Virus record (IMG/VR): IMGVR_UViG_3300027419_000032
Location: 1,375 to 65,374 of that record
DNA: 64,000 bases
Direction: 5' to 3' (one strand)
DNA from: a virus
Lineage: Duplodnaviria > Caudoviricetes
Positions 49,116-58,281 of this stretch are shown here, one piece after another. Each line of letters opens with the position of its first letter. The stretch's first letter is position 1. The notes under the pieces were generated by a model. The model was not told the origin of the DNA and ran no database searches. It was given only the letters and a program-made list of their open reading frames with translations. The position numbers and the translations under genes were made by a program.

Positions 49116-52100
49116 ATGGCCTTTAATACCGATAAATATAATAATTCTTCTTTTAATCGCGACGGGGTGTTATATGTTACTTCAGCTTCCACGTCTAAAT
49201 GGAACAATGTAGCATATACTGAAGGGTTTTACTCCAATTTTGTTTATAATAATATTAATTATATAGAATTTTTAGATGGATTTGAATGGGATACTCTAGC
49301 CAGAACTGAAGAATTTTTTGATATTGTAAAATGGATCAACAGGGAATTTGTAGATAATTCTGAGATTATTCAATGGAATAATATTTCTTATCTTACTTCT
49401 CTTTCTGATTTTAAATGGGGCAATAAAAATTACTTAAGAGATTTAAGATTTAATCAAGAAAAATATAATAAATCTTCATTTAATCGTGGGACATATTATG
49501 TTTCTATTTCAGATATTGTTAAATGGAAAAACAGTATGTTCATTGAGGATTCTGATGTTCTTAAATGGACCAACAGAGTATATACCGATGACTATACTTC
49601 TATTGTTACATGGTTAAATCGGATGTTCGTGTTTCAAGATTCTAGTATTAAATGGAATAATAGGATGTTTACAGGGCTTGGTGTTTGGATCGAAGTAGCT
49701 CCGACATTAGGAGATGAAACAGAGATACTTTCCCTTGTAATCTTAGATGGCGAAATTTACGGTAGTACATATCCTACTGGAAAGTTATATAAGTGGAATG
49801 GCGTAAACGCCTGGACCGAAGTAGCTCCAACCTTAGGGGACGAAACAGAGATTCTCTCTTTAGTTGTTCTAAGCGGAGAGATTTATGGTAGTACGTATAA
49901 TAATGGAAAGTTATATAAATGGAACGGTTTGAATGCTTGGATAGAAGTAGCTCCAATGTTAAGCGAGGAGATAGGGGTCACAGATCTCATAATCTTAGAT
50001 GGCGAAATTTACGGTAGTACATATCCTAGTGGAAAGTTATATAAGTGGAATGGCGTAAACGCCTGGACCGAAGTAGCTCCAACCTTAGGGGACGAAACAG
50101 AGATTCTCTCTTTAGTTGTTCTAAGCGGAGAGATTTATGGTAGTACGTATACTGGAAAGTTATATAAGTGGAATGGCGTAAACGCCTGGACCGAAGTAGC
50201 TCCAACCTTAGGGGACGAAACAGAGATCCTCTCTTTAGTTGTTCTAAGCGGAGAGATTTATGGTAGTACGTATACTGGAAAGTTATATAAGTGGAATGGG
50301 TCTAGTTCGTGGACAGAAATAGATATTTACTTAGAAGGTGAAATTTATATTTCACATCTTATTGTTTTTAATGGAGAGATATATGGCGTTTCATATCCTA
50401 GTGGAAGGTTATACAAAAACAATATTTTTAATAATATTTTCCAATGGAACGGAGTTTATTATAATACATCTTCTAGTGTTTTAAAGTGGAATAATCAGAT
50501 GTTTTTATCTCAGTCTTCTAATGTCAAGTGGAATGAGGTTTGTTATGTTCCAGATCAAATTATTTTTACTTGGCTTAATGTTTCTGGGGTCGTATATCCT
50601 CTTATTGATTGTTTAAGTGTTAAAACTGTTCAAGGAGAATATATATTTCCAAATATAATAAGTGGGAATATATCATTTAAAGATGGATCTATTGGTGAGG
50701 CTAGTTTTGAGTTAGATAGATCTATCCCAGAAGATTCTCAGTGCGCTTTCTATCTTAAGGGGTCCACAAGAATGTTTGATGGGGTTTCGAGGCGTTGTAC
50801 AAGGAATTCTAATGGGACATACAAAGCTAATATTCAAGAATATAGTGAAATTTTAAAACCAGAAAACGAAAAGGGTGGAGTCTATCTAGTAAAGAACGAT
50901 TGGCATAATGTAGAATTACATAATCTAGTTTCTAGCTTGAAGCCCACGGAAAACGACGGAGAAATAGGTCTTCTTTATATGGCCTTTTCTGCTATTCCTG
51001 ATTCGTTTTTTAAGGAATACGATACAGATAATAATATATTTAAATTTGAATATATTGGAATTCCATATATTATAACGGAAATATTTGAAGATTCAAGTTT
51101 ACTTCCTCAACAAACTAGTTTAGAGTTTTTAAAAAATACCGTTTTAACTACGGGATTGATTTACGATGGCGTAGAAACTGAAATTTCTGTCAACAGTACG
51201 GTTAATTTTGGCTCTAGTGGATCTATTTACATAGATGATGAACAAATAACTTATACATCAAAAACCGCAACTCAATTCACTGGATGCGTTCGCGGAGCGG
51301 GAGGTACGACAAAATTAACTCATAGCGTTGGAACTATCATTAATCCAAAACAAAGAGCTTCCTGTTTATTAACTACAGCTCTCGCTAGTGGTGGATCAGA
51401 AACAACTTTATCGGTAAATAATACAACCAATTTCGATTCCAGTGGAATGGTTTTTATTGATGGGGAAATAATATCTTATACTTCTAAAACAGATACAAGT
51501 TTTAATGGATGTGTTAGAGCTATAAATAGTTGGACAAAAAAAGAATGTGCGGTTGGGTCGCTTGTAACTCATAATACTAATATTTCTGGGTGGTACCATG
51601 ATTCCGAGAATCGCTCTCTCTATATTAGATGTTCTGATGGTACATTCCCATATTATCATGTAATTTCTTCACCATATATTTGGGATTCTTCAGTTCCAAT
51701 TAGAATTGGTAACATCAGCAGTTCAATTACCCAATCCCCCGCAACAACAATCTATTCCGGAGATTCCGGGACAACAAAGATTCCAACAGCTCAACCTCCG
51801 GATGGTGGATGTTATCTTCGTATAACTGGCACCGGAACTGAGGGAGATATAATAATAACCGGAGTAGCTACAGATTCTAGTACGAGTGAAACTATAAGTG
51901 CATCAGACTTTGATGTTACTAATACCGCAATTAGCGCAAAAAAATGGATTTCAATATCAAATTTAAATATTGCTACTTGGGATTCTGTAGTAGTTCAATC
52001 TTCGACTCCAATTATAGTATATTGGGAAACAGCAAATGGGGATGTGCCATTTGATAATTTAGAAACTTTACTTACTGCTTTAGATTTAGAATATGAATTT

Positions 52101-53747
52101 GTTTTTAGAAATGGAATCTGTTACGTAGATATTTCCGATAAAATAGGAAGTGGAACCTCTAACTCTCCGGCTAATTATTATAGTGAGAAGTATAATATAG
52201 ATTCTATTTCAGAAATAGACAAAGCAGACGCTAGAAATATGATAAATGGAGTCATGTTCAGCGGTTATGGATCTGGTGCCGCAGGGGTAAAATCCGGAAG
52301 ACATATTAATATGGGCCGCGGCGGAAGATTTGTGCTCCTTGATGATTCTACAATTCATAGTCAAGCAGTTGCTGATAATTTTGTGGTTAAATATTTGAAT
52401 GAGCATTATTTACCGTCAAGAAGTATTAAATTTACTGCACCGTTATTTATTGGAGATGCGGTAGACCAACGAAAAATTGGTGATACTGCACATATTTCTA
52501 TTCCATCTGAATTTGTAGAACAAGATCTAAGGATTAAAGAAATTGCAATAAAACTAAAACCACTGTCCCAAACTTTAACTTTCGGTGATAGATTAATTTC
52601 TTATGATGATCAAATAAAAGCAATGAGAGCGGCTTCAGAAAAATATAGAAAACATCTTCAAGATGAAATTGAAGAATTTTCGTGGTCTTGGTCGGAGAAT
52701 GTGGATTCTTCTGCTGCGAGGACAAATACTTTTGAAATAACAAGTGACATTTTAAAGATACAAAAATTAGAATTAACATGTAATACAAGTTTTCACGTTA
52801 CCGATACAAGTTCTGGATCTGGAAGTGGTGGAGGAGGTGGAGGAGGCGGAGGAGGTTCTGAAGAAAATCCCGCAGGAACCATTTCATCTACTACGCATCA
52901 TCATCAGGTAGTTGGCGTAACGGGAGTCCCGAGCGCAACCATCCAGGTGAGTGCAAAAGGGCATACCCACACTATAGACCCAACTACCAGCGCACCATCA
53001 GAGACTTCTACGGTTGTGACTGGGGTTAATTCAGTCGCGATAACAACGACCAAAACCCCAACATGGGGTTGCTGCACTGCGATTGGGTGTGGAAAGCAGT
53101 GGCTTTCTAATTACGACGTTACCGTTACTGGTGGGGTTGGGACAGTTACGTCTACAAATGTATCTTCAGCGACACATACTCATTCTGTTTCTGGAACGAC
53201 TACTGGTGATGATAGTTATCAGTCTGTATCAACTTTTGACCATATACATCAAATAAATCTTCAAACATCGGATGCTGAAGCGGGATCAGCTTTATTCACT
53301 GCTCCCGATTATATTTCTCAGTTTACTTATAAAGATCAAGGCGGTATTTTAACAAATATTGTTACGGGTAGGCCTTATGGAGAGGGACAGGAAGATATTA
53401 TCTACCAGACTTATGTAGAGAATCCAGATTATAGATTCAAAGCTACGGATATCTATACTCTGTTTAGAGGCGGCGGCAATCCTGATTTAGATCCCGAGAT
53501 ATTGTTTACTATTAAATTAAGTGGACCAGGGATAATTAACGAGCAAGAGATTATGGGATCTCCTTTTCTTGTTAAAGTTTCCGATGATATAGGGAACGTG
53601 CTGATAGATAATCTTGTGAGGGAGAGCGGAACGTATACTGTTCATGTTAGCGTGGCCCATAATACAGATCCAACAGAGAAGGTTCAACTTAGATTTAGTA
53701 TGCAGATTGGGGGACAAATCTTTGTTGATACGATACTGAAAGAGTAA
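49116..53747 (+). CDS. large tail-tip (Tal/central fibre-like) protein with WxN repeats, six-blade propeller repeats and HxH fibre motifs
   Basis: 1543 aa after the TMP; hub-like region (NGVMFSGYG...RKIGDTAHI...LTFGD); HTHTID, HTHSVS, HIHQIN. Confidence 0.8.
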   Translation: MAFNTDKYNNSSFNRDGVLYVTSASTSKWNNVAYTEGFYSNFVYNNINYIEFLDGFEWDTLARTEEFFDIVKWINREFVDNSEIIQWNNISYLTSLSDFKWGNKNYLRDLRFNQEKYNKSSFNRGTYYVSISDIVKWKNSMFIEDSDVLKWTNRVYTDDYTSIVTWLNRMFVFQDSSIKWNNRMFTGLGVWIEVAPTLGDETEILSLVILDGEIYGSTYPTGKLYKWNGVNAWTEVAPTLGDETEILSLVVLSGEIYGSTYNNGKLYKWNGLNAWIEVAPMLSEEIGVTDLIILDGEIYGSTYPSGKLYKWNGVNAWTEVAPTLGDETEILSLVVLSGEIYGSTYTGKLYKWNGVNAWTEVAPTLGDETEILSLVVLSGEIYGSTYTGKLYKWNGSSSWTEIDIYLEGEIYISHLIVFNGEIYGVSYPSGRLYKNNIFNNIFQWNGVYYNTSSSVLKWNNQMFLSQSSNVKWNEVCYVPDQIIFTWLNVSGVVYPLIDCLSVKTVQGEYIFPNIISGNISFKDGSIGEASFELDRSIPEDSQCAFYLKGSTRMFDGVSRRCTRNSNGTYKANIQEYSEILKPENEKGGVYLVKNDWHNVELHNLVSSLKPTENDGEIGLLYMAFSAIPDSFFKEYDTDNNIFKFEYIGIPYIITEIFEDSSLLPQQTSLEFLKNTVLTTGLIYDGVETEISVNSTVNFGSSGSIYIDDEQITYTSKTATQFTGCVRGAGGTTKLTHSVGTIINPKQRASCLLTTALASGGSETTLSVNNTTNFDSSGMVFIDGEIISYTSKTDTSFNGCVRAINSWTKKECAVGSLVTHNTNISGWYHDSENRSLYIRCSDGTFPYYHVISSPYIWDSSVPIRIGNISSSITQSPATTIYSGDSGTTKIPTAQPPDGGCYLRITGTGTEGDIIITGVATDSSTSETISASDFDVTNTAISAKKWISISNLNIATWDSVVVQSSTPIIVYWETANGDVPFDNLETLLTALDLEYEFVFRNGICYVDISDKIGSGTSNSPANYYSEKYNIDSISEIDKADARNMINGVMFSGYGSGAAGVKSGRHINMGRGGRFVLLDDSTIHSQAVADNFVVKYLNEHYLPSRSIKFTAPLFIGDAVDQRKIGDTAHISIPSEFVEQDLRIKEIAIKLKPLSQTLTFGDRLISYDDQIKAMRAASEKYRKHLQDEIEEFSWSWSENVDSSAARTNTFEITSDILKIQKLELTCNTSFHVTDTSSGSGSGGGGGGGGGGSEENPAGTISSTTHHHQVVGVTGVPSATIQVSAKGHTHTIDPTTSAPSETSTVVTGVNSVAITTTKTPTWGCCTAIGCGKQWLSNYDVTVTGGVGTVTSTNVSSATHTHSVSGTTTGDDSYQSVSTFDHIHQINLQTSDAEAGSALFTAPDYISQFTYKDQGGILTNIVTGRPYGEGQEDIIYQTYVENPDYRFKATDIYTLFRGGGNPDLDPEILFTIKLSGPGIINEQEIMGSPFLVKVSDDIGNVLIDNLVRESGTYTVHVSVAHNTDPTEKVQLRFSMQIGGQIFVDTILKE
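49686..50420 (+). repeat. six 123-126-bp repeats (41-42 aa, beta-propeller blades)
   Basis: W(T/I)EVAPTLGDETEILSLVVLSGEIYGSTY..GKLYKWNG; blades 4 and 5 are near-identical in DNA. Confidence 0.9.
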
Positions 53748-53801
53748 TAGGAAGATTTAAATAGTTTTAAATTTATAGGAATAATGGATATGTGAATTAA
53801 T

Positions 53802-54491
53802 ATGGTTAGACAGAAATTGAGTGGAGAGGAAAAGAAGTACAAGAAAAAACTATACGATATTGAATACAGAAAAAAAAATATAATTAGGCTTAAAGAACAA
53901 AAATTAATGTATACAAAAGATAATAAATACAACAAAAAAGAGTATGGTCGTAAATATAGAATAAACATTAAGAATAAGATGTTCGAGATTTTGGGGAGTA
54001 AATGTGCGATTTGTGGGGAGGATAATAGAATATTTGTAACTATTGATCATAAAAATAAGGATGGCGCAGAAAAACAAAAAAAATATGGCAGCGTCTTGAG
54101 CGAATACAGTAATTTAAAATCACAAGGATGGCCCATCGACAAAATAATATCAAATTATCAGGTTTTATGTTGGAATCATAATTGCGCAAAAAATCGTGGG
54201 TATTTTGATAAATCTCCGCTAGAACTAAATAGATATTCTCGCTATCGTCAGAAATTGTGGCGCGAGGCATTTAATTTTTTTGGTCCCTGTTATTGTGGTG
54301 AGTCTAATTTAAAATTTCTAACGATTGATCATATTCATAACGATGGAGCAGAGCGGAGAAGGAATGGAGAAAAACGCGCAGCCGAACTTTTATCTTATTT
54401 TCATAAACTCGGATGGCCCGAATCTATAAAAGAGACCTATCAACTTCTTTGTTACAATCATAATTTTGCGAAAGCATTGGCGGGGAGGTAG
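53802..54491 (+). CDS. tandem-HNH endonuclease
   Basis: CAICGE..FVTIDH...GWP...LCWNHN; CYCGE..FLTIDHI...GWPESIKETYQLLCYNHN. Confidence 0.85.
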   Translation: MVRQKLSGEEKKYKKKLYDIEYRKKNIIRLKEQKLMYTKDNKYNKKEYGRKYRINIKNKMFEILGSKCAICGEDNRIFVTIDHKNKDGAEKQKKYGSVLSEYSNLKSQGWPIDKIISNYQVLCWNHNCAKNRGYFDKSPLELNRYSRYRQKLWREAFNFFGPCYCGESNLKFLTIDHIHNDGAERRRNGEKRAAELLSYFHKLGWPESIKETYQLLCYNHNFAKALAGR

Positions 54492-54493
54492 TT

Positions 54494-54919
54494 ATGCCCA
54501 ATACCAATACCAATACCAATACCAATACCAATACCAATACCAATACCAATACCGATTTTCAAAACCAAAACCAAAACCAAAACCAAAACCAAATTGAGGT
54601 CGTTACACTCTCCACGGGCGAGACCTTAAATAAATGGTGCCTATCCCAATTTAATAATCTAACCGCAAACCAAGAAGTAATTTGGGACATCCTAAATATT
54701 GTTACTAAATTAGTTCGCCTAAATATTACCAAAGATGAAAACAACCATGTTACTGATGTCAAACTAGTATTTCCTCAAGTTTCTGAAGTTGTTACTTTGT
54801 TTGCTCTAAAGAACTTCATTGAACATCAATCTTTACGAGAAAACGACGATCTTTCGGCTGAAGCAACCTTAGAACTCCGTCGCAGGAGGCTTCAGAAATA
54901 CATGGAGAATAATCGATGA
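54494..54919 (+). CDS. hypothetical protein with (NT)9 and (QN)5 N-terminal repeats
   Basis: (AATACC)9 at 54500-54553; (CAAAAC)5 at 54560-54589. Confidence 0.7.
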   Translation: MPNTNTNTNTNTNTNTNTNTDFQNQNQNQNQNQIEVVTLSTGETLNKWCLSQFNNLTANQEVIWDILNIVTKLVRLNITKDENNHVTDVKLVFPQVSEVVTLFALKNFIEHQSLRENDDLSAEATLELRRRRLQKYMENNR

Positions 54920-56049
54920 CTACTAATACATTTTATTTAAATTCTTTGGAATTGAGTCCGGCTTGCGGTATTTATATTACAGATGCAGTTCCCTTTGACC
55001 CTTCGTCTTCATTTGAAACCATGTCTTTTTGGCATGGGACTACGGTAAAAATAACCGACATACAACCCAAGTCTACGAAAGTAACTTTTAAGGGCCATTG
55101 TAGCACAGAAGAGGCATTAAGATCTTTAGCTAAATACAATGTTACTAATTATAATTGGAATGACGATTCAGAAGATATTTATTTGATTAAGGATCTTTCA
55201 AGAAGGTGGAAGGTTTGTTCTTTAGAATTTAGTTATAATCATGATTATCCAGGGATGCCATTTCCTTTTGTTATGACTTTAATTCTTTCTGAGATTGGAT
55301 CGGAGGGATATGTTCAAACCTCTAAAACCGGATCTTCCGCTTCTTCACCTATTTCAGTAACATCTATTTTAAATACAGGCGATCAAATTACTCTTTATGA
55401 TTCTATTAAAATAACTGGCGGGTATTCTGGCGGATCTAATCTTATTTCTCCAAATGTAGAACAATATACAGTTGGATATTTTATTGATGTTGCTGACGTT
55501 TTATTGGATGGGGCCGAATACGAGTTTTATAACGATTATACGGCAAAACATACTTATATCGATTCTTTTATAGATTCCGATAAATTTACCAGAAACGTCG
55601 ATTCATCTACTAATGTTACTTTTTCTACCAATCATCTTGTTATTGCATCCAGCGGGTCCTTAGTATGTAAATTTCAGTTGAAACATCCTCTTTTAGAAGA
55701 TCCGGTTTTAACTATGACAATAACATCTCTTGTGGGGTCGCCGAAATTAGAGGTTTCTTCAGATAATGTTAATTGGTGGGAATGTGAAAAAAGTCTAGTT
55801 GCTGGAAGTTTGGTAGGTTATAATCTTACTAAAATGTCTGGGAATGGGAGCTTTTATTTTAGAATAACTACGAATTCTAGTTCTTCTTTAAATATTTATT
55901 ATATGAAATTAGTTTCTTGGCATAATTACAGTGGTCAAAGGTCTATCCCATACTTAAGAGCTAATAGTACGGAGGAAAGATTAGATTTAACTTTTTCTGC
56001 CGGGACATTAACATATGATATAAAGTATAGAGATAAATGGTCGGTATAA
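54916..56049 (+). CDS. putative distal tail (Dit-like) protein
   Basis: 377 aa, beta-rich; FYLNSLEL N-terminus; YDIKYRDKW C-terminus. Confidence 0.55.
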   Translation: MTTNTFYLNSLELSPACGIYITDAVPFDPSSSFETMSFWHGTTVKITDIQPKSTKVTFKGHCSTEEALRSLAKYNVTNYNWNDDSEDIYLIKDLSRRWKVCSLEFSYNHDYPGMPFPFVMTLILSEIGSEGYVQTSKTGSSASSPISVTSILNTGDQITLYDSIKITGGYSGGSNLISPNVEQYTVGYFIDVADVLLDGAEYEFYNDYTAKHTYIDSFIDSDKFTRNVDSSTNVTFSTNHLVIASSGSLVCKFQLKHPLLEDPVLTMTITSLVGSPKLEVSSDNVNWWECEKSLVAGSLVGYNLTKMSGNGSFYFRITTNSSSSLNIYYMKLVSWHNYSGQRSIPYLRANSTEERLDLTFSAGTLTYDIKYRDKWSV

Positions 56050-56057
56050 TTATACAA

Positions 56058-56080
56058 TTATATAATTCATATTTTTAAAA
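56058..56080 (+). promoter_or_regulatory. late-gene motif variant
   Basis: TTATATAATTCATATTTTTAAAA. Confidence 0.5.
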
Positions 56081-56113
56081 TATGGTATAGTGTTTTGTGG
56101 TTTAGGAGGGTTT

Positions 56114-56851
56114 ATGCCTATTGTTTCTACGGATATAAAAAGATACAAATCTAAATCTACAGCTTCCGCAGATGGAGAATCTGGTGGAGATGGATTGGGA
56201 GGATACCGTTCTTCGGATGAGATTATAACGGATACGGATGAGAATCTTTTTGATAATGTTTCCGCTGCCGAGTCTGAAGTTGGAGATACCGAATATAGGG
56301 CGTTTTTCATTAAAAATACCCATGCTACATTGTCGTTTGTTGCTGCTAAAGTATACATATCTCCAACAGGAACTCTCCCAATGTCCTTACTCACTACGCA
56401 ACTTGAGAATGGGGGATCGGAAACTACAGTTGACGTAGCGGACGCATCTGATTTTCCAACTTCTGGAGCTTTTTTTGTTGAAGATGAAGAGGTTACTTAT
56501 ACTGGGAAATCAGGGAATCAATTTACTGGATGTACTCGCGGAGCAAATGGGACTTCTAAAGTTCTTCATACTACGGCAAAGAGAGTGGAACATAATCAAG
56601 TAAGATTTTATGTCGAGGAGCCTAGTAATAAATCTACTGGTTATATTGCTACTATTGCCGATGAGAGTACATCTCCGGCAGGGTCTCCTACTTGGCTCAA
56701 TCCCTATACTTTTGCTACTGGAGCTTCTATTGGGACGCTCGCTCCCGGTGAATTTTATGGGGTTTGGGTTAGGAGAAAAATTCCTGTTGGGTGTAAAGCA
56801 AAAACTGGAATTTCATATGTCTTTGCCAGAAAGGGCGAAACTGCGGAGTGA
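56114..56851 (+). CDS. virion tail-associated protein
   Basis: AGGAGG RBS; NLFDNVSAAES..GDTEYRAFFIKN...YGVWVRR; shares a domain with the 49116 protein. Confidence 0.7.
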   Translation: MPIVSTDIKRYKSKSTASADGESGGDGLGGYRSSDEIITDTDENLFDNVSAAESEVGDTEYRAFFIKNTHATLSFVAAKVYISPTGTLPMSLLTTQLENGGSETTVDVADASDFPTSGAFFVEDEEVTYTGKSGNQFTGCTRGANGTSKVLHTTAKRVEHNQVRFYVEEPSNKSTGYIATIADESTSPAGSPTWLNPYTFATGASIGTLAPGEFYGVWVRRKIPVGCKAKTGISYVFARKGETAE

Positions 56852-56856
56852 GTTAG

Positions 56857-58281
56857 GTGACAAAAAACTGGTCGCGTTTTCCATTAGTAGAGCCTATTGG
56901 CGAAGATTTAGCTAATTTTTCTACTTATCGGTTGTATGAAAAATCCGCAATTGCTGGTTATGGTGTTTTAAGTGGCTGTGTTGTTACTCGGACCAGTACT
57001 ACGGCAGTTGCGGTATCAAGTGGAAATTTTACAGTTTCCGGTGTATCTAACACTTTTACTGGGGGAAACTTAACTGGTATTGTCGCTGCTTCATCTGGAT
57101 ATCATAGATATGATTTAGTTTATATTGATGCTGTTGATTCGACTTTAAAATTAGAATCTGGAGTAGAGGAAATTCCAGATAGTTCTATAGATTTTTTGGA
57201 GAATTACCATCCTCGCCCAGCAGAGCCTAATGATACTGATTGGATTGTATTAGCTGTTTTAAGAGTCACGGAAAATGGAATCGAGGATGCAGATTTTGGT
57301 ACGGTAGTTTATGCTCAAGATAGCATAGCGGATATGAGACTATCTCCAGCTTTTGCGGTAGATAATATAACCCTTCAAGTTATAGATGGTGTTGCATCGG
57401 TGAAGGCCGCAGCGGGCCACGCTTCTACACATAAAACTGGCGGATCGGATTCAATAAAGTTAGACGAGTTTGCTTCTCCCGAAGATAATACAAATCTTAA
57501 CGTTTCTGCACTTGCACACGGATTATGTCCAAAAATCCCTAATAATACAACTACATTTTTCAGAGGAGATGGAGCTTATGCGGCTCCGTCTGTTTCTACT
57601 CACGCTTCTACTCACGCTTCTGGACAATCTGACGCCATAAAGATTGATGATTTAGCCGCTGGAGACGATAACACTGATTTAAATGTGAGTACTACTAAAC
57701 ACGGATTATGCCCAAAACTTTCAAACTCTGCGACTCAGGCATTACTTGGAAATGGAACTTATGGAAATCCTGCTCCGGCTACTCATGCAACAAGTCATAA
57801 ATCAGGTGGATCAGATTCAATAAAACTAGATGAGTTGGCATCTCCAACCGATGTAACCACGCTGAATGTAACTACTTCTTTACACGGTCTTTGTCCAAAA
57901 GCTCCGGCTATTGTAACTCAATTTTTAAATGGTTTAAGCGGAGGTTGGTCGGTTCCAAATGTTTCTGTTTACGGTCCATACAGGATTGTTCACGATGGAG
58001 GTGCGACCCAGGCGATTTTAACTACTCCCGCTCTTTGTGAAATTGACGAAATTGTTGTAAAATGCCAGCAAGCAGGGCCCTCAAGAACGGTGAATGTTGG
58101 ATGGGCGGCTGACACAAATGCTTTAATGGCTGATAGTGAAGTTCCTCACACGTTAAATGGAACAACTTTTATTAGAAATCCTGTTGCCGAGATCGTGGCT
58201 GCTACAGCTTTAATTGCCACAATTGGGGGCAGCGGAGACGGAGAATGGGATATATGGTTAAAAATTTCGAGGTATGAATAA
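56857..58281 (+). CDS. tail fibre protein with three HASTH...HGLCPK repeats
   Basis: H(A/S)xxHxxGGSDxIKLD...LNV..xxHGLCPK x3. Confidence 0.75.
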   Translation: MTKNWSRFPLVEPIGEDLANFSTYRLYEKSAIAGYGVLSGCVVTRTSTTAVAVSSGNFTVSGVSNTFTGGNLTGIVAASSGYHRYDLVYIDAVDSTLKLESGVEEIPDSSIDFLENYHPRPAEPNDTDWIVLAVLRVTENGIEDADFGTVVYAQDSIADMRLSPAFAVDNITLQVIDGVASVKAAAGHASTHKTGGSDSIKLDEFASPEDNTNLNVSALAHGLCPKIPNNTTTFFRGDGAYAAPSVSTHASTHASGQSDAIKIDDLAAGDDNTDLNVSTTKHGLCPKLSNSATQALLGNGTYGNPAPATHATSHKSGGSDSIKLDELASPTDVTTLNVTTSLHGLCPKAPAIVTQFLNGLSGGWSVPNVSVYGPYRIVHDGGATQAILTTPALCEIDEIVVKCQQAGPSRTVNVGWAADTNALMADSEVPHTLNGTTFIRNPVAEIVAATALIATIGGSGDGEWDIWLKISRYE

